Source: Candidatus Uhrbacteria bacterium (GTDB lineage: Bacteria; Patescibacteriota; Patescibacteriia; GWA2-47-26). Taken from it: 56,390 nucleotides of DNA. Of this stretch, positions 9,094 to 18,181 are shown one piece after another; position 1 is the stretch's first letter; every line of letters begins with the position of its first letter. The notes under the pieces were generated by a model. The model was not told the origin of the DNA and made no database searches. It worked only from the letters and a program-made list of their open reading frames with translations. The translations under genes were made by a program, and so were the position numbers. The stretch spans positions 1 to 56,390 of the forward strand of contig JACPJN010000005.1 in NCBI GenBank assembly GCA_016187515.1, written 5' to 3'.

Positions 9094-10020
9094 ATGCCTG
9101 AACTGCCTGAAGTTGAAACCATCCGCCGCCAGCTGCAAAAAAACATGGTCGGCAAGACAATCAAAGTGGTGGAGGTGCAATATCCCAAGGTCGTGCACGG
9201 AATGAGCACGGCTGATTTTGTGCGCGCAATGCACGGGCGTAAAGTGCGCGAGGTTGGACGGCAGGGGAAGTTGATTTTGATACGACTGGAAGGAAACGAG
9301 ACGCTGGTAGTGCATTTGAAAATGACGGGCAGATTGCTATTGCAATCTGCCCGTCATCCTGAGCCCCGACGCGATAGTCGGGGCGAAGGATCCCTATACC
9401 ATGGCATGAGTAAGAGATTGCCACGCTCACTGCGTTCGCTCGCAATGACGGACTATAGCGTCAATAAATCCACTGAAGTCATCTTCACCTTCACCAATGG
9501 CTCAATCCTCCGCTACGACGACCTGCGTCGGTTTGGGTATATGAAAGTAGTACCGACTTCCGAGGAGGCGAAAGTTGTGCAGAAAGAACAGCTTGGAATT
9601 GATTTTTTTGACCGCGTCCTTACCGTGCAGAAGTTTAAAGAGTTAATTCGCGCGCGCGGCGGCTCGCAGATTAAGCCGTTGCTTTTGGATCAATCCTTAA
9701 TTGCGGGCGTGGGTAATATCTATGCCCAAGAGGCCTGTTTTATGGCAAAGATTCATCCCCTGCGCAAAGTCAGCAGTTTGAACGATGCTGAACTTAATGC
9801 GCTTTATCGCGCCTTGCAGACTATCATGAAAAAAGCAATTGTCTATGGCGGAACCACGGCAGATGATTATCGCGATGCTTACGGAAAAGAAGGAAAATTC
9901 GCCGTGCATCTTAAAGTATATGGGCGTCAGGGCAAACCCTGTTTGCGTTGTAAAGGCAAGCTTATCAAAAGCAGTATTGGAGGCAGAGGCACAGTATTTT
10001 GCCCGAAGTGCCAGAAATAA
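9094..10020 (+). CDS. mutM: Formamidopyrimidine-DNA glycosylase
   Basis: MPELPEVET start, HLKMTG, AGVGNIY and a C-terminal CxxC..CxxC zinc finger; in-frame palindromic insert at 9353..9449. Confidence 0.97.
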   Translation: MPELPEVETIRRQLQKNMVGKTIKVVEVQYPKVVHGMSTADFVRAMHGRKVREVGRQGKLILIRLEGNETLVVHLKMTGRLLLQSARHPEPRRDSRGEGSLYHGMSKRLPRSLRSLAMTDYSVNKSTEVIFTFTNGSILRYDDLRRFGYMKVVPTSEEAKVVQKEQLGIDFFDRVLTVQKFKELIRARGGSQIKPLLLDQSLIAGVGNIYAQEACFMAKIHPLRKVSSLNDAELNALYRALQTIMKKAIVYGGTTADDYRDAYGKEGKFAVHLKVYGRQGKPCLRCKGKLIKSSIGGRGTVFCPKCQK

Positions 10021-10040
10021 GCTATTTCCAGGTAAAACAC

Positions 10041-10069
10041 TTGACAAAGTGGGCTTTCTGTGGTATACT
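10041..10069 (+). promoter_or_regulatory. Sigma70-type promoter
   Basis: TTGACA-17-TATACT, followed by TGTTCTTTGATAA. Confidence 0.8.
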
Positions 10070-10074
10070 GCATT

Positions 10075-10378
10075 GTTCTTTGATAATGGGATTTATAGCG
10101 AAATAGGCGAGTGAAGCGCAAGGTGTCTTTCGTCTTTTTCCTCCCCTTAGGTTAAGGGGAGGTAGGAGGGGTTACGAGTCATGCACGGCTCATAACTCAC
10201 CCTACCCTCTCTTAACTTAAGAGAGGGAATACGATTGGACATCGCGCGCTTCACTCGATTCTCTGGGTGCGCTAAAGGGAATCCCATGCCGGGAAACCCA
10301 AGGTCATGCGACCGTTGCGACTAGGCCTGGAGATCAACTCCTGTCCCGACGTAAAGTCGGGAACAAGGGGAGGGACCG
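10075..10378 (+). ncRNA. Candidate structured leader or ncRNA with a nested palindromic element
   Basis: A 12-bp stem (10108..10119 with 10246..10257) encloses an inverted pair of CCCCT..TTAAG..GGGG elements; further hairpins follow. Confidence 0.4.
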
Positions 10379-11290
10379 ATGGAAGATTCGCAGACGAACG
10401 GAAAGAAGTGGTACATGCGGGCGTGGGCGCATCTCACGCGCAAGGTGCAGGGCAGTGCGGTCAGCTGGCAGGTGTGGGGACTGATCGTCTTCACGCTCAT
10501 GCTCACGGCGTTCGCGCTGTGGGTGCTCCCCACCGTGTACGCCATGACTCACCCGATCTTCGCGTGGGTGATGGTGGCGTGCGGGGCCGGCGTGTTCGTG
10601 CGCTTTGTGCGGATGATCGGGCATAAGCGGCCGGAGCGCTGGTCGTTCGCGATCAGAAGCGTGTGGCGTCCGGGAATTTGGCATATGGTGTGCAACAATG
10701 ACACGAAGCGCTCTCATTACACATGGCGGCGCTTCCTCCTTGCCAACCTGCTCATCTTCGGGGCGCTCCCGACGGTGTGGGCCGCGAGCCAGGTGTGGGC
10801 GTGGTTTGGCCCCCAGATCCCCCCGATCTCCTGGCCGGACGTTTTGGCAGACCTTCTCCTTTCCGTGCTTGCAATCGGCGGCGTAGTGTTCGTTCTATTC
10901 TTGGCGTGGAAGGGGATCGAGTGGGTCAAGGACACCGTCGGCCTGCGCAGACCGTACGAGGACAAGCTTCGGGAATTCCGGAACGCCATTGACGGGTGGA
11001 AGAGTGCACTCGAAGAACGCGATGCGACCATCAAGAAGCTGCGCGCCGCAGGGGCCGATGCGCTCGACGCGATTGCCATGGCGATGGTCCAGATCGAGGA
11101 GGAAAAGGGCGCGCGCAGCAAGGACGCGCAGATCGTCGCAGCAGTGGTAGCCAAGCACAAGCTCAAGGAGGCACTGATTCGCCTCGTTCCCGAGGAGAGT
11201 GGACGCAAGGGTGTCATCGGCCGAGCGTACGCGAACTTGCATCCGGAGCTTGCGGAAGCCCCGGCCCAGACCGACGTGCCCGCGGCGTAG
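10379..11290 (+). CDS. Hypothetical membrane protein (about 4 TM plus C-terminal coiled coil)
   Basis: GGAGG SD, GC-rich codons, hydrophobic segments, own terminator. Confidence 0.8.
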   Translation: MEDSQTNGKKWYMRAWAHLTRKVQGSAVSWQVWGLIVFTLMLTAFALWVLPTVYAMTHPIFAWVMVACGAGVFVRFVRMIGHKRPERWSFAIRSVWRPGIWHMVCNNDTKRSHYTWRRFLLANLLIFGALPTVWAASQVWAWFGPQIPPISWPDVLADLLLSVLAIGGVVFVLFLAWKGIEWVKDTVGLRRPYEDKLREFRNAIDGWKSALEERDATIKKLRAAGADALDAIAMAMVQIEEEKGARSKDAQIVAAVVAKHKLKEALIRLVPEESGRKGVIGRAYANLHPELAEAPAQTDVPAA

Positions 11291-11311
11291 AAAAATCCCA
11301 TTCGGGTTGTA

Positions 11312-11357
11312 CCCCGCCCAGTGCGCAAGCGCTGTGGCGGGGTTGATTTTTTTTATT
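11312..11357 (+). terminator. Rho-independent terminator
   Basis: CCCCGCC...GGCGGGG followed by a T-tract. Confidence 0.7.
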
Positions 11358-11446
11358 GGGCGGGGTAAGGTGGGGGAATAATTGTGTGGGCGGAGAATGA
11401 CCCCTCCTATCCTCCCCTTGAAAAGGGGAGGAAATTGAAAGACAAT

Positions 11447-12598
11447 ATGCCGATATTGGGAATTGACGCTTCGCGGGCGGTGAAAAAGGAGAAAACTGGG
11501 GTGGAGTGGTATTCTTGGCATTTGCTTCAGGCCATGCAGAAACTAGCACCTCCCGATTGGCGGGTTCGTCTTTATGTTCCAGAGGAAATTGGAAATTGGA
11601 AATTAGAAATTAGAAATTGGCAGTGGCGCGTGCTCAAGTGGATCGGGCGGGGGTGGACGCAGGGACGGCTCTCGCTGGAGATGATGAAAAGCCCGCCGGA
11701 TATATTGTTCGTGCCATCGCATACGATTCCGTTGGTGCATCCCGAGCGCACTGTAACTACTGTGCATGATGTGGTGTTCGCGCGACATCCGGAATTATAT
11801 GATCCTAAGGACTTGAAAGCGCAAAAGCGCGGACTGGATTTTGCTTTGAAGTTTGCCAGAAAAATTATTGTGCCGAGCAAGGCAACGCGGGAGGAGGTGG
11901 TGCGGGCAGGGGCGAGAGAGGAGCAGGTGGTAGTGGTGCCGCATGGAGTTGGTGTTGGTGATTGGGGATTAGTTAATTCGTTAATTCAAAACGAATCGTC
12001 TAATCAACCAATTAACCAATCAACCAATCAACGATACATTCTCTTCATCGGCCGCATTGAAAAAAAGAAAAATGTGCTGGGGTTGGTGCAGGCGTTTCGA
12101 CGGTTGATGCATAACGCCCCCCAACCCCCTCTTACCTTAAGAGGGGGAGACGAATTGAAGCTCGTGCTTGCCGGTTCGCTTGGCTACGGGGCAGAAGACG
12201 TACTCCAGGCCATCAAAACTTTCAAACTTGAGGACCGCGTGATACACTTAGGGTATGTGGAGCGCGCGCAGTATCAGACACTGCTAAAGAACGCCGCGCT
12301 CCTGGCATCCCCTTCTTTTGGCGAAGGATTTGGATTTCCGGTTTTGGAAGCCATGGCGGCCGGCGTGCCGGTGGTCTGTGCTGACTTGCCGGTGCTTCAC
12401 GAGGTTGGCGGCAACGCGGCGCAGTATGTTAATCCGCGCGATCCGGAAGATATCGCGCGCGGCATTGAAGGCGTGCTTCAAAATGAAATGCTGCAATCGG
12501 AAATGATCAAGCGGGGGAAGGAAATTGCGGCGGAATTTACCTGGGAAAAGACCGCGCGAGAAACTTGGAATGTGCTATGCAATATAGCTGGCCGCTGA
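11447..12598 (+). CDS. GT4/GT-B glycosyltransferase with three in-frame repeat inserts
   Basis: GIDASR, TTVHDV, FIGRIEKKKN and EGFGFPVLEAMAAGVPV motifs. Confidence 0.93.
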   Translation: MPILGIDASRAVKKEKTGVEWYSWHLLQAMQKLAPPDWRVRLYVPEEIGNWKLEIRNWQWRVLKWIGRGWTQGRLSLEMMKSPPDILFVPSHTIPLVHPERTVTTVHDVVFARHPELYDPKDLKAQKRGLDFALKFARKIIVPSKATREEVVRAGAREEQVVVVPHGVGVGDWGLVNSLIQNESSNQPINQSTNQRYILFIGRIEKKKNVLGLVQAFRRLMHNAPQPPLTLRGGDELKLVLAGSLGYGAEDVLQAIKTFKLEDRVIHLGYVERAQYQTLLKNAALLASPSFGEGFGFPVLEAMAAGVPVVCADLPVLHEVGGNAAQYVNPRDPEDIARGIEGVLQNEMLQSEMIKRGKEIAAEFTWEKTARETWNVLCNIAGR

Positions 12599-13488
12599 TT
12601 GGTCACCAGAATGTCAGAAATTATTTTACTAAGGCATTTTCCGCCGGCCGGATTCACCATGCTTATTTATTTCAAGGGCCGAGTCAGGTGGGTAAGGATA
12701 CTTTTGCGCGGATGTTAGTAAATACTCTGCTTTGTAAAGACGAGCAGGTCCGGCCTTGCGGAAAATGTCAGGGGTGTCAAGCATTCGCGCGCGGGGCGCA
12801 TCCGGACGTGCTGACGCTTGTTCGCGGGGAGGATGCCTCAATTGGCGTGGAAAAGGCGCGCGAGTTTATTGCGAGTATTTCCTTAAAGCCCTTGCTTGGC
12901 GCGTGGAGAATTGGTATGATAGAGGGAGCCGCGCAGCTTACCAAAGAAGCCGCCAGCGCGCTCCTTAAAACCCTGGAAGAGCCCCCTTTACGCGTAGTTC
13001 TTTTTCTCGTCAGCGCGGTTGAACTGCTGCCGACCATCACTTCGCGCTGTCAACGCATCAGATTCGGGTTTGTCCCCGCCCAAGACATTGCCGAATATTT
13101 AGCGGCAAATTCCGCGGCGTTTACGGGTACCGGATATCGGGAAGTTGCGCAGCTTGCCGCTGGGCGCCCGGGTCGGGCCATTGAACTTACGCAGCCGGCC
13201 GCGTATGAAACGCGGATGCGGGAACTTACCGAGGTGGATGGGCTTCTTGACCAGAGTGAGGCGGCGCGGATTGTCTTTGCGGTGGCGCGGTTTGGAGGAA
13301 AGGGCGATCTTGCCGAAAAGCGCGAGGCATGCTTGGAGTTTATCGAGGTGCTGCAGTATGCTTTGCGGAAGCGCCTGCGCCTGGATAAAGGATTTGTTTC
13401 GCTGCTGAAAAACACTTTTAAAGCCGAGGCATATCTCCAGGCCAATGTTGATCCCAAACTCGTAATGGAATGTTTACTTTTTTCATAA
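12577..13488 (+). CDS. holB: DNA polymerase III delta' subunit
   Basis: HAYLFQGP..VGK, C..C..C zinc module, HPD, ALLKTLEEPP and LPTITSRC motifs. Confidence 0.93.
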   Translation: MQYSWPLIGHQNVRNYFTKAFSAGRIHHAYLFQGPSQVGKDTFARMLVNTLLCKDEQVRPCGKCQGCQAFARGAHPDVLTLVRGEDASIGVEKAREFIASISLKPLLGAWRIGMIEGAAQLTKEAASALLKTLEEPPLRVVLFLVSAVELLPTITSRCQRIRFGFVPAQDIAEYLAANSAAFTGTGYREVAQLAAGRPGRAIELTQPAAYETRMRELTEVDGLLDQSEAARIVFAVARFGGKGDLAEKREACLEFIEVLQYALRKRLRLDKGFVSLLKNTFKAEAYLQANVDPKLVMECLLFS

Positions 13489-13501
13489 TCCCTAATCGCC
13501 T

Positions 13502-14560
13502 ATGACCAACTCACTAAATAAAATTATTGTCGCCTTTGGCGCGCTGATGCTTTTTGGAGCCGGCTGCATCAGTATAAGCAGCGGACCCGCGGGCAATGAT
13601 GGGGGGGTATTTAAATCCACGACGTTCGGACGAGAATGGGCGCCGAAGGTTACCCTGGTTACCTCGGCCGGACTAAAAAATTTTGGCGGAGCGAACATTA
13701 TTACTTTCGCGGTTGATCCGCAAGATCATCGCGCGATTTACGCCGGATCCGATCTTTCCGGCATGTTTTACACTTATGACGGGGGGGAGACCTGGCAGCA
13801 GCCCCAGGCCTTGACCCACGGATATGTTTCCGCGATCGCGATTGATCCGAAAAATAAGTGTATAACGTATGCGGCGGTTGATAATCGGATACTTAAGTCA
13901 GTGGATTGCAACCGCACGTTTTCCGAAATTTATCGGGAGGTTAGGGCGGAAAATACTTTAACGGCCTTTGTGATTGATCCTCGCGATTCCGCTAATCTTT
14001 ATGCCGGAACCGTGCGCGGAACGCTGCTTAAAAGCAATGACGCCGGTCGGACTTGGATTCTGGAGCATACTTTTCCGGGGCGGCGGATAGTGAGCATCGT
14101 AATTGATCCGCGCGCCTCGGCCGTGCGCTATGTCGCGCTGACGGGCAAGGGGGTATGGAAAACGACCGATGGCGGAAGCACTTTCAAAGAGCTTAGCGAG
14201 CCGCTAAAATCCTTCACCCGCGCGTTTGACGTGCGCTACTTGATCTCCGCGCGCAGCGCTTCCGGACATTTATTGCTCGCGACTCGCAATAGCATCTTGC
14301 GCACCGTGGACGGCGGCGAGCATTTTGAGGCGTTGCCGCTGGTTAGTCCCGGGGATGTCGATATTCTATCGATCGGTATGGATTTGAATAATCCGGACGC
14401 GGTATATTATGGAACCTCGACGACGTTTTATATTTCCGGAGATGGCGGTAAGGGCTGGTCAACAAAAAAGCTCCCTTCGACGCGCGCCGCCACCGCCCTG
14501 ATTGTTGATCCGGAAGAGCCGAACAATCTTTATCTCGGGGTGACCAAGATTAAACGCTGA
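13502..14560 (+). CDS. Lipoprotein with BNR/Asp-box beta-propeller (YCF48/VPS10-like)
   Basis: Lipobox LFGAGC; repeated (S/T)xDGGxTW boxes. Confidence 0.85.
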   Translation: MTNSLNKIIVAFGALMLFGAGCISISSGPAGNDGGVFKSTTFGREWAPKVTLVTSAGLKNFGGANIITFAVDPQDHRAIYAGSDLSGMFYTYDGGETWQQPQALTHGYVSAIAIDPKNKCITYAAVDNRILKSVDCNRTFSEIYREVRAENTLTAFVIDPRDSANLYAGTVRGTLLKSNDAGRTWILEHTFPGRRIVSIVIDPRASAVRYVALTGKGVWKTTDGGSTFKELSEPLKSFTRAFDVRYLISARSASGHLLLATRNSILRTVDGGEHFEALPLVSPGDVDILSIGMDLNNPDAVYYGTSTTFYISGDGGKGWSTKKLPSTRAATALIVDPEEPNNLYLGVTKIKR

Positions 14561-14565
14561 TTTTT

Positions 14566-15117
14566 ATGATTAATCTCGATGGTTCAAAATCAGAATTTGA
14601 AAAAAGCGTCACTCACCTCAAATCCGAACTGGGTGGTCTACGGAGTACGCGAGCCACCCCCGCGCTGGTTGAGCATGTGATGGTTGAAGTATATGGTTCA
14701 AAACAATCCTTGAAGGCCCTGGCTTCAATTTCAGTAGTTGATCCGAAAACGCTTACGATTGAACCCTGGGACAAATCAATTGCCAAAGAGATTGAACGCG
14801 CGGTAAGCGCGGCCAACCTGGGAATAAATCCGGTTAATGAGGGGCAGATTATTCGGATTATTTTACCGCCGCTTACGGAGGAATCCCGAAAAGAGCTGGT
14901 CAAGATTATTCACGATCGTCTGGAATCCGTCCGACAGGCCCTGCGTACTCTACGGGAAAAATTGCGGCAGCAGATTATTGACGCGGAAAAGAAAAAGGAG
15001 ATTAGTGAAGATGAAAAGTATAAGCAACTGGAAAAGCTCGATAAGCTGGTAGGGGAGTATAATGAACAAGTCAAAAAATTAGGAGAGAGTAAAGAAAAAG
15101 AAATAATGACGGTGTAA
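14566..15117 (+). CDS. frr: Ribosome recycling factor
   Basis: LRSTRATPALV, IEPWDKS, PPLTEESRKELVK and KEKEIMTV motifs. Confidence 0.97.
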   Translation: MINLDGSKSEFEKSVTHLKSELGGLRSTRATPALVEHVMVEVYGSKQSLKALASISVVDPKTLTIEPWDKSIAKEIERAVSAANLGINPVNEGQIIRIILPPLTEESRKELVKIIHDRLESVRQALRTLREKLRQQIIDAEKKKEISEDEKYKQLEKLDKLVGEYNEQVKKLGESKEKEIMTV

Positions 15118-15232
15118 CAGGTATCGTTGGCGGTATCGTAGCCCGTATCGTAGGATGGTATGGGTGTCGTCAATTGACGTAACCGTGTAACGACACCGAT
15201 ACGAGCAGCGAAACCCACACCGTCTCGCGACA
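15118..15232. repeat. Degenerate bipartite tandem repeat with ~12-nt units
   Basis: (GTATCGT-containing)n followed by complementary (ACGACAC/GATACGA)n, between frr and glyQS. Confidence 0.65.
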
Positions 15233-15244
15233 TCTTTCACTAAT

Positions 15245-16555
15245 ATGGAAAATTTGATGGACAAGGTCGTATCACTCGCCAAGCGGCGAGGTTTTATATT
15301 TCCCGGCAGCGAAATTTATGGGGGGCTGGGGGGGACGTGGGATTACGGTCCGGCCGGCGCGCTTTTGAAAAAGAATTTGAAAGATAGTTGGTGGAAAGAC
15401 CTGGTGCAGCTGCGCGGCGATATTGTGGGAGTAGATGCCGCGATCATGATGAACCCAAAGGCCTGGGAAGCATCGGGACACACGCAGGCGTTTGTTGATC
15501 CTTTGGTTGAGTGTAAGCTATGCCATGAGCGATATCGGGCGGACCACGCGGATGAGATCGCGCTGCATGAGAAAAAACATAAAGGGAAAACAGTTGACTG
15601 GACCGAGCCGCGGCAGTTTAATCTGCTCGTGCGCGCGTATTTGGGAGTTGTGGAAGGCGCGCAATCCGAGATTTTTTTGCGCGGAGAGATTACCAATGGC
15701 GCGCAGGTAAATTTCAAAAATGTGTTGGATTCCACACGGGTGAAAATTCCGTTTGGCGTTGCGCAAATTGGGAAAGCGTTTCGCAATGAAATTACGCCGG
15801 GCAATTTTACGTTCCGCTCGCGCGAATTTGAACAGATGGAGGTACAGTTTTATATCAAGCCCGAGGAAAAAGAAGGAAAGAAATGGTTTGATTACTGGAA
15901 GAAGAATCGCATGGCTTGGTATGTCGGGCTGGGAATGAGCAAAAAGAATCTGCGTTTTCGCGACCACGCGGACGATGAACGCGCGCATTATGCGCGCGCC
16001 GCCACTGATATTGAGTATAAAACGCCTTGGGGCTGGCAGGAATTTATGGGCATTCATCACCGCGGCGATTATGACCTGGCCCGGCATCAGCAGTACTCCA
16101 AAGTTGATTTGCGCTACCGCGATCCGTACACCGGCGAGGCGTATTTGCCATGGGATATTGAAACTTCGGCCGGCGTTGATCGCTCAATTTTGTTTTTGTT
16201 GATTGACGCCTACCATGAAGAAGGCGAGCGAGTGGTGCTGAAATTGCACCGCACGCTTGCCCCGTACAAAGTCGCGGTGTTCCCGCTGCTTGCCAACAAG
16301 CCGCAGTTGGTTGAAAAGGCGCGCGAAATTTATGATACATTGAAACCGCACTACATGGTGGCCTGGGACGAACGCGGCAACATCGGCAAACGCTACTTCG
16401 CCCAAGACGAAATCGGCACGCCGTATTGCGTAACAGTGGACTTTGAAAGCGTGGAGGATAAAAAAGTCACCGTGCGGGACAGAGATACAATGAGGCAGGA
16501 GCGGTTCGATATCAACGAATTGATAGATTATCTACAACAGAAATTAAGATTGTGA
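15245..16555 (+). CDS. glyQS: Glycine-tRNA ligase (alpha2 type)
   Basis: SLAKRRGF, WDYGP.G, QIGKAFRNEITP, FRSREFEQME and QDEIGTP motifs. Confidence 0.97.
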   Translation: MENLMDKVVSLAKRRGFIFPGSEIYGGLGGTWDYGPAGALLKKNLKDSWWKDLVQLRGDIVGVDAAIMMNPKAWEASGHTQAFVDPLVECKLCHERYRADHADEIALHEKKHKGKTVDWTEPRQFNLLVRAYLGVVEGAQSEIFLRGEITNGAQVNFKNVLDSTRVKIPFGVAQIGKAFRNEITPGNFTFRSREFEQMEVQFYIKPEEKEGKKWFDYWKKNRMAWYVGLGMSKKNLRFRDHADDERAHYARAATDIEYKTPWGWQEFMGIHHRGDYDLARHQQYSKVDLRYRDPYTGEAYLPWDIETSAGVDRSILFLLIDAYHEEGERVVLKLHRTLAPYKVAVFPLLANKPQLVEKAREIYDTLKPHYMVAWDERGNIGKRYFAQDEIGTPYCVTVDFESVEDKKVTVRDRDTMRQERFDINELIDYLQQKLRL

Positions 16556-16584
16556 TTGGTGAGGTTTGCTTTAACGACAATGTT

Positions 16585-16920
16585 ATGTCAAACAGAAAGA
16601 TAACGCTGCTTTACTTCGCCTCTGTCGGTCTGAGCGCACTAGTATTTCCGTTTCTTGTGTATTTTATGCACTACACCGGAGGCCCACAAAGATCGATTCC
16701 ATTCTGGTTCTTGGTCTTTGAGATACTATCTCTAGGAGGATTTACCATCCCAATTATTATTTATGTTATTTTTCCGCTCCATACATTGCACTTCACAGAT
16801 GGTTCTCGTAAATACCTCCACCACCTGTGCATATTAGCTATTGGCATCATACTATATGTGGTGATGGTGATTCTTCTTTTTGGCTTTTTGAACGTTTCAC
16901 CCGCAGTGTTGCCTTTATGA
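16585..16920 (+). CDS. Hypothetical three-TM membrane protein
   Basis: AT-rich hydrophobic ORF. Confidence 0.6.
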   Translation: MSNRKITLLYFASVGLSALVFPFLVYFMHYTGGPQRSIPFWFLVFEILSLGGFTIPIIIYVIFPLHTLHFTDGSRKYLHHLCILAIGIILYVVMVILLFGFLNVSPAVLPL

Positions 16921-17001
16921 GGTGTCATTCGTCGAGACTGTGGTAATAGTAATCACTCCACTCGCGGTGAGGTGAGAAAAAGTAAAAACTAGCCCGTCAT
17001 A

Positions 17002-17752
17002 ACTCGTCCTGCATTTGGCTCGATCGCGTCAATGTCAAGACGACTTGGAAATGAAATTTTATGATTATGATTTTCATAAATTACTATGGGTTCGAAATTG
17101 ACTAAAGTTCAGATTACGCTTTTGGAACTTTTTGCGGTCTATCGGGATATTGATGACGCGCTGGCGTCCTATCGGCCATTGTATCCGAGTTTGAAATATG
17201 AACCTGCATATTTTATTGAGAAAGGGCGCAGGCGAGCAAAAAAAGAACAGGCCCAGCTTCGCAAACACCTTGATTATCTCAAGAGCCGGCATTATATTGA
17301 GGTGAAAAATGAGGGGGAGGAAAAATTGGTTCGTCTGACTGCCAAAGCCAAGTACGAATTATTGCGGCTTCAGTTTGCGTTGCACATGCGCGCTCAAAGA
17401 AAGCGCGCGTGGGATCGGAAGTGGCGGCTGGTTATTTTTGATGTACCGGAAATTCGAAAGAGATACCGTGATTTTTTGCGTAAACTCATGCGCGTAAACG
17501 GTTTTCGTATGTGGCAGTTGTCGGTATGGGTGTCACCATATAATCCGGAGCCGCACCTTTCGAATCTGCTTCAGTATTTGGGTATTGAAAAGCATTACGA
17601 GCTGATTGAGGCAGACTGCGCAAAATGCAGTCCGCGCCTACTCCACAAGTTTGCTGAAGTAAAGTAGGGTTGTGAAAGCAGGCAATGCGGTGATGTATCT
17701 CTAACCTAAGTCGTCTTGCAAAAAACGCGATCGCGCCAAATGCGGGACGAGT
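17002..17752. mobile_element. Putative element: 45-bp imperfect inverted repeats (17002..17046 and 17708..17752) around a PaaX/Cas2-like gene
   Basis: 38 of 45 nt match between the left arm and the reverse complement of the right arm. Mobility is inferred. Confidence 0.55.
17086..17667 (+). CDS. PaaX-like protein: winged helix plus Cas2/VapD-like domain
   Basis: YLKSRHYI..VRLTAKA wing; WDRKWRLVIFDVPE..RDFLR..GF..WQLSVW. Confidence 0.85.
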   Translation: MGSKLTKVQITLLELFAVYRDIDDALASYRPLYPSLKYEPAYFIEKGRRRAKKEQAQLRKHLDYLKSRHYIEVKNEGEEKLVRLTAKAKYELLRLQFALHMRAQRKRAWDRKWRLVIFDVPEIRKRYRDFLRKLMRVNGFRMWQLSVWVSPYNPEPHLSNLLQYLGIEKHYELIEADCAKCSPRLLHKFAEVK

Positions 17753-17832
17753 AGTATTATGGGGCATGGATGGCGTGGTGAGGATAATTGTTGCCTTGTA
17801 GCATATTTGCGTGCGTGATATAATCACTCTCT

Positions 17833-18135
17833 ATGAATTGTGCATGTTGCGGCAGAGATTGCCCGGACATTACAAAACACCATCTTGTGCCGCGCACTCG
17901 GCACAGTAATAAAAAAACGAAGAAATGTTTTACTCGTGCAGAGTTACAAACGACAGTAGATTTTTGTCGTTCCTGTCATCGGCAAGTGCACGCGCTCTTT
18001 ACCGAAAAGGAGCTTGAACGTTCTTATTTTACTCTTGCGGCATTGCTGACGCATCCCGCAATGTCTCAGTTTATTAATTGGATTAAAACCAAATCCGCTG
18101 ATGTGCGGCCGAGGGTAAAGAGGTTAAATTCATAA
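17833..18135 (+). CDS. Small HNH endonuclease
   Basis: CxxC..TKHHLVPR..CRSCHRQVH. Confidence 0.85.
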   Translation: MNCACCGRDCPDITKHHLVPRTRHSNKKTKKCFTRAELQTTVDFCRSCHRQVHALFTEKELERSYFTLAALLTHPAMSQFINWIKTKSADVRPRVKRLNS

Positions 18136-18181
18136 CTCCCCCTACCCCCTCTTACCTTAAGAGGGGGGAAATTACCAAAGT

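Noticed and set aside
7663-9315. 550-aa minus-strand ORF
   Set aside because: Antisense shadow of gpmI/mutM with no motifs.
17086-17667. CRISPR-Cas locus suggested by the Cas2-like motif
   Set aside because: No repeat-spacer array or other cas genes in the window; the N-terminal wHTH and WDxKW motif indicate the PaaX-like family.
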